Origin: an uncultured delta proteobacterium
GTDB lineage: Bacteria > Myxococcota_A > Polyangia > Polyangiales > Polyangiaceae
NCBI GenBank assembly: GCA_963806225.1
Contig: CAWDXG010000004.1
Location: forward strand, 2,848,001 to 2,912,000
Reading direction: 5' to 3'
DNA: 64,000 nt
Shown here: positions 32,474-41,772 of the stretch, one piece after another
Layout: every line of letters begins with the position of its first letter
Numbering within the stretch: the first letter of the stretch is position 1
Program-made: the position numbers and the translations under genes
The notes under the pieces: generated by a model
The model's input: only the letters and a program-made list of their open reading frames with translations
What the model was told of the DNA's origin: nothing
Database searches by the model: none

Positions 32474-35400
32474 GGATCACCTCGCCGTCGCCGATGTCGA
32501 ACTTCAGCGTCGACGGCCCGCCGCGTTCGAATTTCACCGGGAGCTTGACGATCTTCTCGTGCTTGCCCAGCTCGTCGAACACGACCGTGAGCACGGCTTG
32601 TGCGCCGAGGCGCGCCGTGCGCGCGAGCTCCTCCGGATCGAGCCTGACTTCTACCTGGATGCCGGCCCGGCGCGGAACCCGGACCTGCGCGATGCCCTGG
32701 GCCACGTCGCCTTCCGGCGCGGGCATGTCGGAGCCGAGTGCGTTGCTCCACAGCGTCGGGTGCAGCTCCGGGTGCGCCCACGTCAGCGACACGCGGACGC
32801 TGATATGGGCGCTGCCCTTCGTGCGTTGGTCGGAGAGCACGCGCGTCGCGCGAGCGACGAGCGCGGCGAGCTCCTTGTCGTTCTTCGACTGTCGCGCCGC
32901 GAGCCGACCCCAGGCGAGGTAGGTCGCCGCCAGCGCACGCGCCACGCCTGCCGGCCCGCGATCGGGCCCCGCCGCCGGAGCGCCGCCGCCTTCGGCCTTC
33001 TCCAGCCAGCGCACCGCCGCTTCCAGCTGTCCCTGACCCTGTGCCGCGGCGGCGAACAGCAGCGTCACCGACGCGTCGTCGGGCGCGAGCTCGGCGAGCG
33101 TCTCGTACTGGCGCTGGGCCTCGGCGTACCAGCCGTGGGCGCGGAGCAGGTCCCCGAGCCGCCGGCGTGCCACTGGATCCTCCGGTGCGAACTCCACGAT
33201 CTCGCCGAACGCGCGGCGCCCGGCAGCGAGATCCGACTTCTTGTCAGCGGGCGACTTGTCCGTCGCCGAGAGCCGCAGATAAAGCTCCCCGATCTCCGTG
33301 CGCACGTGGGCGTCGATGTCTGGCCGCGCGCGCAGGTGCTCGGCGAGATCGCGAGCTCCACCGCGATCGCCCGCATCCTCCAGCGCGTCGAGCAGTGCCA
33401 GGGCGACGTCGAAGTCGTCGGGCCACTCCTGGACGAGGGCGCGCATCTTCGCGACGCGGGCCTCCGGCGTCTTCGCATCGCGCAGGTATTTGGCAAGCAG
33501 CTGCGGGTCGAGCGACTTCAGGCCCAGCGCCTGGTGCAGCTCCCGCATCTGGGCGGGCGTCTTCACGCGCGCTACCAGGCCGCGATAGAGCGTGTCCGCT
33601 TCCGCACGATCGTCGAACATCGAGCGCCACAGCGCCACGCGTTTGCTCGTGCTGGGCAAGGCGTCGAGCATGAGCGACAGGAGGCGGCGGCGCTCCGCCC
33701 AGGTCGGCGCCTCGCACGCGCCAAGAGCGTGGCGGTATACGTCTCTCACGACCGCGGGATCCCCTCCCGCGCGCGCCAGACGCTCGCGCCACAGCCCGAT
33801 GCGCTCGACCAGCGGAATGTTCGCCCCGGGACCGCAGCGCTGGACCCAGCGGGGCAGCACGTCGATGCGGACCAGCGGGCTCGGCTTGGGGGACGCGGGC
33901 TTGTCGTGCTCGGCCGCGTAGTCGCCCGGTGAGAATTTGATCGGATAGACGACCGTGACGATCCCGTCCGGCGGCGGTGGAAAGCTCAGGCCGTTGTAGG
34001 CGCGCACCACGCAGCCGACCACGCCGGAATCCGGAAGGTCGGAGCCGCCGTTGCCGACGTGCGAGACGCTCCCGTCGCGCCCAATCACGAACCTCACAGC
34101 CACCTTCCCCTCGAGGTTCGGGTTCTTCTCGAGCCCCTGCTGGTAGCACATGCGGAAGCGACCGTAGTTCTGGCGGACGATGCGCTGGATCACCTCCGCC
34201 GGGAGCTTGCCGCTGACCGTGGTCGCGCCCATGCGCAGGCGCGGCGGCTGCGTCTTCTCGTCGCCCCCCACCCGTCCATGCCCGCTGCCGAAGCCCTGAC
34301 CCGTGCCGGTGCCATGGCCCTGCGTGCCGATGTTTCCCAGCCCGATGCCGTCGCCGCGACCGCCGCCGCCTGGGCCGATGCCGGATAGCCCGAGGCCGCC
34401 GGCACCGAACGCACCGCCGACGTCGTGGCCCCAGGCGTTGCGGTCCGCGGTCGCCGTCGGTTCCGGAGCGGGCGCAGACTGCGCCGTGGCTTTCGGGATC
34501 GTAACGTCGTTTTGCGCCGCGCTCGGCTTGCCGGTAGTCTCGCTGTCCAACGAGCCGATCATCCCGAACTGCTGCGCTTCGTGCAGCGCCGCCGCGCGCG
34601 ACTTCGTACCTTTCGGGCCCTGCACCGCGTAGCGATGGTTCGCGCTCTTCTTCGCGGCGATGCCCATGGAGCCTTCCTCGCCCTTCGCGCGCGTCCCCGT
34701 ACCGCCCTGCTTGTCCTCGGCGGGCGCGGCGGCCACCTCCTCGGTTTCCTTGTCCTCGGCGCGACGCCGCTCCGCTTCGCGCGCTGCACGCAAGCGCGAG
34801 TCCTCCTGCTCCAGCTCGCGGCGCGTCGGCACGTACAGCGACGTGACGGGCGTGATGATGCCGTAGCGCGTGCCGAGGTCGACCATCGCCGCGCGCCCGG
34901 CGCCGCTTCGCAAGAGCTCGCCGAGCCGCGCGCCCGCCCAGCGCCGGCGCAGATCGCCGTGGTCGTCGAGATCGGCGCGGTCGAGCTGTACGGACTTCTT
35001 TCCGGCCGGCCCTTGAAGCACCAGGTGGTCCGGCGAGCTCCCCTTTACGCGTCCCACGACCAGCACGGTCTCGTCGGCGACCAGCGCGTCGGGATCACGC
35101 GGATACACACGCTCCACGTTCTGCCCGAGGTCGACGGCCGTGCCGAGCAGCGCCGGGCGCTCGGCTTGCTCGAACACGGACAGCGACGCGCGCGCTGCGG
35201 CGTAGCCGCTGTCCACGCGCCGCGCGAAACCGCCGGCAGCGAGCCCCGACAGCACGCTCATGTCCGGGCTCGCGCCCACGCCCAGGGCGAACAGCCGCAC
35301 CGGGTGGGGGAGCTTCGCCAGCCGCTTCTTCAGCGCTTCCAGCGACAGCTCGCCCACGGTAGCGTGACCGTCGCCAACGTAGATGACCGCGCTGCGGCGC

Positions 35401-37094
35401 TTCGGATCGAGCGACGCCGCGGCTTCTGTGAGCATCGTGCCGAGATCCGTCGCGCCGCCGCGGTCGAGCGTCGCCAGCGACGCCAGCACGCGACGCTTGG
35501 CTGGGTCGTCCAGGGACGCCAGCTTGTTCATGTCCGGCACGACGGGCCGCAGCTCTTCCGCGCCGGCCCAGACAACCACCCGATCATCCTTGGACAGATG
35601 GGCCAACAGGGAGCCCGTGGCTGCGCGCGCCAGCGCCATCGACGCCGGCTCGTTCGCCGCCGACGCGTCCACCACGATTGCCAGATCGAGCCCGCCGCGG
35701 GGCAGCGGCACGTCGCGCGCGCGCACCGGCACCAGCACGTAGTCGGACTCGCCCAGCGACTTTTCCACCGCGTCCGCGCGCTCGTCCGGCGGCAGCACCT
35801 CCAGGTCCGGCTGGTGCTTGGCACGATACGCAGTCGGGTTCTTCTTTCCGCCGTCGAACAGCTCCACCGCCAGATCGGCGCGCGGCACGAAGTCCTGCTT
35901 CTTGACGACGATGGTGTTGCCCTCGCGCACGCCGTCCATGCCCACGCGGATCTCGCTGGCGCGGGCGCGCCCCACGTCGATGGTCGCCGTCAGCTCCTCG
36001 ATGTGCGGCAGGGACGCTTCCGAGCCCTCCGCCGCCATCGGGTACACGTACTCGCGCCGCTCGCCCTTCGGCCCCGTACGCCCGAGCCACTGGGTGTAGC
36101 GCACCACTACGCGACGCGTCTCGCCAGGCCCGATGGGATACAGCCGCGCCGCGTACTCGCCAGGGCCCTGCCATTCGAGCAGCGCGGGATCCTCGGTCGA
36201 CCCCTGGTACACGTTCGACTGGTACTGCGTCGCCGCGGCCTGCTTCTCCTTCACGCGGCCCCACGCCAGCTTTCCGTCGCGATCCACGCCGAAGCGCGAC
36301 AGGCTGGCATCCGACGGCGTGCGGAAGCGGTAGATACCCTCGACCTTGTTCGAGCTCGAGTTGAAGAAGCGCTCGTCCACCTCCGTGAGTGCGAACTCGC
36401 CGTCGATCGTGACATGCACGTCGAGATGCTGGATTGCCAAGGGGAAACGCGCCTTGCCGGTGCTGCCCGGCTCGCGCCCGCCGACGGTGCCTACGCCGAA
36501 GGGCGCCGGCTCCGCCACGCGATCGGTGATGGCCAGCCCGCCGGTCCAGTCCTCCCAAACCAGCTCCGGCGCGACCTTCGTCCTGGCGCCCTTGGCCAGG
36601 GTCAAGAGCTCGCCGGCGCGAGCCCGCGTCTCGTCGCCCGCGCGCACCTCTCCGGCGAGCACGTACGCGCTCGTCGCGCCGCCCTTCGTCACGTCGATGC
36701 TCGAGCGCACCTTGGACAGGTGCAGCGGCCCGGCCAGCGTCACCAGCTCCGTCTTGCGCGGCGCATCCACGAACACACGCCCGCTGTCGAGCTCCACCGA
36801 GCCGGAATACAGCTTCAGGCTCGCCGGGCCGCGCACGAGCAGCGTGGCGCCGCCGTCGCGCCGGAGCCACGCCAGCCCGTCGGCGTCCAGCCGCACCGCT
36901 TCGCCGTCCACGAGCCGCTCATGCAGGTACGGCGCGCGCTCCTTGCCGCCCGGCAGCGTCACGTGCACCCCGTGCCGCACCACGCGCAGCTCCGCCCAGG
37001 TCTTGCTCTTCGGCGCCAGCTTCCGTTCGTGCTGGCCACACGCCGCCACCGGCAGAACAAGCGCCGCCAAAACGCCCCAATCGACGATCTTCAT
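32466..37094 (-). CDS. Lipoprotein FecR-like/VIT/vWA/AgmX-PglI C-terminal (TonB_C-like)/TPR protein, about 1540 aa
   Basis: ATG at 37094 and lipobox VAAC. VIT (TEVDERFFN...EGIYRF), vWA (VVDASAA, GGATDL, YVGDG), Gly-rich linker, and LPAEVIQRIVRQNYGRFRMCYQQGL...NLEGKV...VVYP (AgmX/PglI C-terminal), then TPRs. Confidence 0.88.
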   Translation of the reverse strand: MKIVDWGVLAALVLPVAACGQHERKLAPKSKTWAELRVVRHGVHVTLPGGKERAPYLHERLVDGEAVRLDADGLAWLRRDGGATLLVRGPASLKLYSGSVELDSGRVFVDAPRKTELVTLAGPLHLSKVRSSIDVTKGGATSAYVLAGEVRAGDETRARAGELLTLAKGARTKVAPELVWEDWTGGLAITDRVAEPAPFGVGTVGGREPGSTGKARFPLAIQHLDVHVTIDGEFALTEVDERFFNSSSNKVEGIYRFRTPSDASLSRFGVDRDGKLAWGRVKEKQAAATQYQSNVYQGSTEDPALLEWQGPGEYAARLYPIGPGETRRVVVRYTQWLGRTGPKGERREYVYPMAAEGSEASLPHIEELTATIDVGRARASEIRVGMDGVREGNTIVVKKQDFVPRADLAVELFDGGKKNPTAYRAKHQPDLEVLPPDERADAVEKSLGESDYVLVPVRARDVPLPRGGLDLAIVVDASAANEPASMALARAATGSLLAHLSKDDRVVVWAGAEELRPVVPDMNKLASLDDPAKRRVLASLATLDRGGATDLGTMLTEAAASLDPKRRSAVIYVGDGHATVGELSLEALKKRLAKLPHPVRLFALGVGASPDMSVLSGLAAGGFARRVDSGYAAARASLSVFEQAERPALLGTAVDLGQNVERVYPRDPDALVADETVLVVGRVKGSSPDHLVLQGPAGKKSVQLDRADLDDHGDLRRRWAGARLGELLRSGAGRAAMVDLGTRYGIITPVTSLYVPTRRELEQEDSRLRAAREAERRRAEDKETEEVAAAPAEDKQGGTGTRAKGEEGSMGIAAKKSANHRYAVQGPKGTKSRAAALHEAQQFGMIGSLDSETTGKPSAAQNDVTIPKATAQSAPAPEPTATADRNAWGHDVGGAFGAGGLGLSGIGPGGGGRGDGIGLGNIGTQGHGTGTGQGFGSGHGRVGGDEKTQPPRLRMGATTVSGKLPAEVIQRIVRQNYGRFRMCYQQGLEKNPNLEGKVAVRFVIGRDGSVSHVGNGGSDLPDSGVVGCVVRAYNGLSFPPPPDGIVTVVYPIKFSPGDYAAEHDKPASPKPSPLVRIDVLPRWVQRCGPGANIPLVERIGLWRERLARAGGDPAVVRDVYRHALGACEAPTWAERRRLLSLMLDALPSTSKRVALWRSMFDDRAEADTLYRGLVARVKTPAQMRELHQALGLKSLDPQLLAKYLRDAKTPEARVAKMRALVQEWPDDFDVALALLDALEDAGDRGGARDLAEHLRARPDIDAHVRTEIGELYLRLSATDKSPADKKSDLAAGRRAFGEIVEFAPEDPVARRRLGDLLRAHGWYAEAQRQYETLAELAPDDASVTLLFAAAAQGQGQLEAAVRWLEKAEGGGAPAAGPDRGPAGVARALAATYLAWGRLAARQSKNDKELAALVARATRVLSDQRTKGSAHISVRVSLTWAHPELHPTLWSNALGSDMPAPEGDVAQGIAQVRVPRRAGIQVEVRLDPEELARTARLGAQAVLTVVFDELGKHEKIVKLPVKFERGGPSTLKFDIGDGEVIRG

Positions 37095-37435
37095 CGGTTC
37101 TACCGACCCCCTTCGAGCAGGGAAGTTCCGTACCGCCGCGAAAACGCGACGTAAACCACGTCGCTCGAGCCCCGTGGATAGCTGGGGAAGTCCGGGGATT
37201 TGGTTGTCGGGCCAGCGCAGAAGGACCTTGTCCATGCCGATCGAGGAGCACTGCGCGCCGGCGCACCGAACGCACGGGTGAGGCCCGGACCAATGCGCGC
37301 GCCGAAAACGCCACACCTTCGTGGTGGTGTAGTGGTGCTTTCCTGGCCGCTCGTGGCCTTAAGTCTGGGGGCTGCCGGCCGTACTGGGGTTTGTCGGACT
37401 CGGGAACCGCATCGAGCGCCGAACCGCGTGACCCA

Positions 37436-37820
37436 ATGACCAAAGCCAGGCTCCTCTTCGTGGACGACGACCCGTCGATTCTCCGGGCGCTGACGCGGCG
37501 GTTTCGTTCGCTGCGACAGTGGGAGGTCGTAACCGCGCCCAGTGCTCCGGCGGCGCTCGAGCTGCTCGAGGAGCAAGCGTTCGAACGTCGTCGTGACGGA
37601 CATGCGGATGCCCGGCATGGACGGGCTCACCCTGCTCGGCCGTGTGCGAGCGCTGCAGCCGCACGCCCTCAGGATCATCCTCTCCGGTCAGATGACGCCC
37701 GCGAGCGATACGGCCCTGGACGTCGCACATCACCTCCTCAACAAGCCGTACAACTTCGAGGAGATTCTCGCCCTCATCGCGCACCGCCGTGAAGGTGCGA
37801 CCCGGTTGGAGGCGTCATGA
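37436..37820 (+). CDS. Single-domain response regulator (+1 frameshift at about 37584)
   Basis: MTKARLLFVDDD...F[D]VVVTDMRMPGMDG...ILSG...KP. Removing one A at 37584-37585 joins the two frames. Confidence 0.85.
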
Positions 37821-38242
37821 CGACGCTAGCCCGGCCTCCCCCCGACGCGGAGCTGCTCGCGCGGATGCGGATCGAAACCAACGCCCAGATCCTGTGGCTG
37901 GGCGACGACTGGATTCTCCACTCGCGCGCCATACCTGGAGCGGAGATGCAACTCGCCGACGCCCAGGAGATGATCCACAAGCTCATCGCCGCTTCCGGGG
38001 GGATCCGTCGCCCGGGCTGCATCGACCTCACGGGCCTCAAGTCGATATCCCGTGACGCGAGGAACTACTACGCCGGACCGGAGCCCGCCGTCGTCGAGTG
38101 CGCGGTGGCACTCGTCGTCCGGTCTCCGATGGCGAGGGCCATCGGCAACTTCTTCCTGGGTCTCAACGCGACCACAGTTCCGGCGCGCCTCTTCACGTCG
38201 GAGCCGCCGGCCCTCGAGTGGCTCCGGCAATACGTGCCATGA
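37817..38242 (+). CDS. STAS/SEC14-like small ligand-binding protein (DUF7793-like)
   Basis: Pattern IDLTGLKSISRDARNYYA...VALVVxSxxxRAIGNFF...P.RLF.....ALEWL. ATGA overlaps on both sides. Confidence 0.7.
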   Translation: MTTLARPPPDAELLARMRIETNAQILWLGDDWILHSRAIPGAEMQLADAQEMIHKLIAASGGIRRPGCIDLTGLKSISRDARNYYAGPEPAVVECAVALVVRSPMARAIGNFFLGLNATTVPARLFTSEPPALEWLRQYVP

Positions 38243-39723
38243 CGCTCCGCCCTCTGATATCGGCAGCACGTGACCTCCCGGCGTCGAGCCTTGCTCCGGC
38301 CGAGCCGGTGGAACGCCTCGAGGAGATCGCCGAGGGGCTCTACCGGATCGCAGCACTGGACTTCGAGCATCCGATCGAGTGCCGCGGCGACGAAACCGTG
38401 ATCGACGGCGTGGTCGGATCCATCAACATGCTCGCCGAAGAGCTGCAATCCCACCTCGACGCACAGGCCCGCGCCGCGCGGGAGCTCGAGGCAAGCATGG
38501 AACGGTATCGAACGCTCGTCGAGAGCACGAACGTCGTTCCGTGGGAGGCCGACGCGAGCTTGACCGTCTCCTACATCGCGCCCCAGGTGGCGGTGATGTT
38601 CGGAGCTCCGGCGAGCAACTTTGTCGGGAACACGTCGCTCTGGGAGTGCACGCACCCGAGTGATCGCGCACGAGTCCGGTCGTCGCTGACCGCTCTGGCC
38701 GCGAGCCGCGAGGAGCAGGCCGACCTCGACTATCGAATCGTTTGCGGGGGCGGGCGTACGCTCGACGTCCGGAGCATCGTGTCGGTGCAGCGCGGCAGCG
38801 ACGCGACGTCGACGATCCTGCGCGGCGTGACCATCGACATGACGATGATGAGACGGCTCGAGAGCGCGCTCCAGCAGGCGCGCAGGCTGGAAGCCGTAGG
38901 ACTTCTGGCCGCGGGCATCGCGCATGAGCTCAACACGCCCATCCAGTTCGTTGGCGACAACCTCGCGTTCCTGGGCGAATCGCTCGGCGCGATGTACCAG
39001 CTGCACGAACGCACATCCTCGTTGCTCACGCTAGAGCAGGCAGAGCAGGCCCGGCGCTTCGAGGAAGAGGCGGACTACGCATATCTGTCCGAGCAGTTCC
39101 CGAAGGCGATCTCGGAGTCGGCGGACGGAATCGCGCACGTCGCCGAGATCGTGCGCGCGATGAAGACCTTCGCGCATCGGGAGCGCTCTGGTGAGCAGGC
39201 GTCCGTGGATCTGGACCGTGCGCTCAAGGCCTTGGTCGTTGTCGCCAGGAGCGAGACCAGAGATGTCGCCGACGTCGTCCTCGAGCTCGCCGATATCCCA
39301 GAGGTCATGGCGTTCGGCGGCGAGCTCAACGGGGTCTTCCTCAACCTCATCGTCAACGCGGCACACGCGATCGCCGACGTTGTCGGGCAGAGCGGCGAGC
39401 GCGGCACGATCCACATCCGCGCCGCGCGCGACGAAGACGACGTCATGATCGCGATCGAGGACACCGGCGGCGGGATCCCCGACGCGATTCGCGAGCACGT
39501 TTTCGAACCGTTCTTCACGACCAAGGAGGTTGGCAAAGGCACCGGCCAGGGGCTGGCCCTCGCTCGCGCCGTCGTCGTCGACAGGCACGGCGGCTCGCTC
39601 ACGTTCGTGACCGAGGCCGGACGCGGCACGACGTTCCTCGTACGCATCCCCATCGCCGGACGCACGCCGGCAACTGCGGCTGACCATTCGTCGAGCGTGC
39701 CAGAGGGGCCGCCTCCGAACTGA
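38239..39723 (+). CDS. Soluble HAMP-like/PAS sensor histidine kinase
   Basis: AAGIAHELNTP H-box, [28 protein letters not shown], and a PAS with HPSD. Confidence 0.9.
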   Translation: MTLRPLISAARDLPASSLAPAEPVERLEEIAEGLYRIAALDFEHPIECRGDETVIDGVVGSINMLAEELQSHLDAQARAARELEASMERYRTLVESTNVVPWEADASLTVSYIAPQVAVMFGAPASNFVGNTSLWECTHPSDRARVRSSLTALAASREEQADLDYRIVCGGGRTLDVRSIVSVQRGSDATSTILRGVTIDMTMMRRLESALQQARRLEAVGLLAAGIAHELNTPIQFVGDNLAFLGESLGAMYQLHERTSSLLTLEQAEQARRFEEEADYAYLSEQFPKAISESADGIAHVAEIVRAMKTFAHRERSGEQASVDLDRALKALVVVARSETRDVADVVLELADIPEVMAFGGELNGVFLNLIVNAAHAIADVVGQSGERGTIHIRAARDEDDVMIAIEDTGGGIPDAIREHVFEPFFTTKEVGKGTGQGLALARAVVVDRHGGSLTFVTEAGRGTTFLVRIPIAGRTPATAADHSSSVPEGPPPN

Positions 39724-39931
39724 GGCGCGTACGGAACCATCGCCGCTTCGCGTGCGTCGACGGCCTCCTCCTGGAGCGAGGCACCTGATGCCGAGGTCAC
39801 TCCAACGACGAACGCTCGGCAGGCGCCCAAGCCGCGCCATGCTCGACGTGCTGGGCGCGGCGCGTAGCTAGGACAAGCTGAATCTCGACCCCATCGCGGA
39901 GAGGCGCGTCATCTCCGGGCTCGGCCAGCCG

Positions 39932-41668
39932 TCACGAACCCAGGCCAATGAAGTAGGTAGGCACGTCGCCATCCGCCTTCGTGAGCTCCAGACCCTCGAA
40001 GAACTGATGGTCGCCCAGCGTGCGGCCGTCGCGCTGGGCGCGGGCCACCCCTTCGGAGAGAGCGGCGAGGAGTTCCCGGGTGGTGAAGCTCTCGCCGTTC
40101 GGCGCCTTCAAGGTGAGCTTCACCGTGACCCGGTCCTCGGCCTTGGGATCCCACAGGTCGAACAGGACGTTCACCTCGGGCGCGACGAGAACGACGTCTG
40201 CCGGTAGCTTGCGAAGCTCGCGCGCCCCGGCGCGCTTCGCCGGCTTTTCTCCCTGCGGGACCGGGAACGTCCACTTTACCTCGCGAAGCAGGCGCGCTGG
40301 AAAGTCCCTCGTGGCAGAGAATGCCTTCACGGCGACGCACACCGCGGTGCGATCGTCGTCGGCCCCGTCGAGGGTGAGCAGCCGCGCCGCCATTCTTCCG
40401 AGGCTAGCGTCATCCGGGTCGAACCCAGCGCCAGAGCCGTGCAGTGCGACTTCGCCCATCCTCTCTTCGGTCGGCAGGTGCACGCCGTCCGAGCACAGGA
40501 TCCAGGCGTCGCCCTCCTTCACCTCGACCCGGTTCTGTTTCACCAGCACTTCGCCGCTTCCCACCACGCGCGCCTGTTCGCGCCGCCGCTCGAGCGCTTT
40601 CTCGAAGTCGAGGTCGGAAACGGGGTCCCACTCGCCGGGAGCTTCAGACCAGGCGTTCGGCGTCAAGAGCTCGACAGCCCCGGAGCTCAGGGCGTATGCG
40701 TGGGAAAACCCGACTTGCGCAGCGTGCGCGGTCGAGCCGCGGATCAGCAGGGCGACCACGGTGGCGAACGTCCCAACCAACGCGGGCTCCGCTTCGATGC
40801 GGGCGCAGAGCTCCCGATCGGCAGCTTCGATGCCCTGGAGGAGCGCCGTCGAGGGGTCGGCGGTGGGCGCTTCCACCGCGCGGCGGACGTGCTCGACCAC
40901 CAGCTCCGCGGCCAACGGGTCTTTGCCAGCGTCGGCCACGACGAACAGGCCGCGGTCCACGTCGACGTGGAAGCGATCCTCGTTTCGGCTGCGCGCTTCG
41001 CCCATGCGCGAAGCGCCGGCGGCGGCGATGACCCAGTCCTCGTCGAAGCCGTCGGCGAGCTGTTCGGCGATCAGCGCTTCGGCTGCGGCTCGGCATTCTT
41101 CGTTTCCCGCGAACGACTTGCTGCGCTCGACGACCTCCGGATCGTCGGGGAACAGCATGGTGAGCCGGAGCTCCGACCCATCGGGATCGACGGCCCAGAT
41201 GCGCCCATCGGGATGACGAAACCTGCGGCGGTTCTTGCCCCGGCGCGGCGGGGTCGTCGGAGCCGGCTCGAACACGGGCCGCAGCTCGCAGGAAAAGGCG
41301 CCCGCCTGCGACCAGCCTCGGCCGATGTTCCACACCAGCTGCTCGGCCGTCGGCGGAGGATCGTCGTGGCCGGAATGGAACAGGAACCAGCGAGTGATCT
41401 CTTCCACCATCTGCGCGAGGGTGGTGCGGTCGTACCCGTCGATCTCCCCTTCGCTCGCAGCTACGGTGAGCTCGCGGCGGTCGCGGTATACCACCCGGAC
41501 GCCGGCCAGCTGCTGCCCCTCCGGCGCCCGGTAGGCGCCGTCGGAGTCGCGCATCAGCGCCACCAGCAACCGGACGAGGTCATCCCCTTCGACGGGGGCA
41601 GCGCCGCGTGCCGCACGCCCGTCTCGAAAGCGTTCGTAGCCCTGGGCTGCGATGTCCGGCGGTCTCAT
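39932..41668 (-). CDS. Multidomain protein: unknown N-terminal domain + WGR-like + PP2C-like phosphatase + uncharacterised C-terminal domain
   Basis: PP2C motifs RSRNEDRF, FVVADA, CSDG and DDDRTA. WGR-like RIWAV...KSF...AEALIAEQLADGF. C-terminal FTTRELL...DHQFFEGL...YFIGLGS. Confidence 0.7.
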   Translation of the reverse strand: MRPPDIAAQGYERFRDGRAARGAAPVEGDDLVRLLVALMRDSDGAYRAPEGQQLAGVRVVYRDRRELTVAASEGEIDGYDRTTLAQMVEEITRWFLFHSGHDDPPPTAEQLVWNIGRGWSQAGAFSCELRPVFEPAPTTPPRRGKNRRRFRHPDGRIWAVDPDGSELRLTMLFPDDPEVVERSKSFAGNEECRAAAEALIAEQLADGFDEDWVIAAAGASRMGEARSRNEDRFHVDVDRGLFVVADAGKDPLAAELVVEHVRRAVEAPTADPSTALLQGIEAADRELCARIEAEPALVGTFATVVALLIRGSTAHAAQVGFSHAYALSSGAVELLTPNAWSEAPGEWDPVSDLDFEKALERRREQARVVGSGEVLVKQNRVEVKEGDAWILCSDGVHLPTEERMGEVALHGSGAGFDPDDASLGRMAARLLTLDGADDDRTAVCVAVKAFSATRDFPARLLREVKWTFPVPQGEKPAKRAGARELRKLPADVVLVAPEVNVLFDLWDPKAEDRVTVKLTLKAPNGESFTTRELLAALSEGVARAQRDGRTLGDHQFFEGLELTKADGDVPTYFIGLGS

Positions 41669-41772
41669 CGCGCCGGGAGACTAGCACGCAGCAAGATACT
41701 CTCGGCGCGTCCTGCTTGCCGCGCACGCTGACCAGACCGTCTTGCTCGTCGAGCTCCTGGACGGCAAGGACT

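Noticed and set aside
34425..37154. Long antisense or alternative-frame ORFs (also 57651..59609, 18680..21436, 7810..9261 and many others)
   Set aside because: Shadow ORFs of GC-rich coding strands. They are Arg/Ala/Pro-rich with no motifs.
37165..37400. DnaA-box-like GTGGATAG suggesting an origin
   Set aside because: A single match with two mismatches, no AT-rich unwinding element and no dnaA context.
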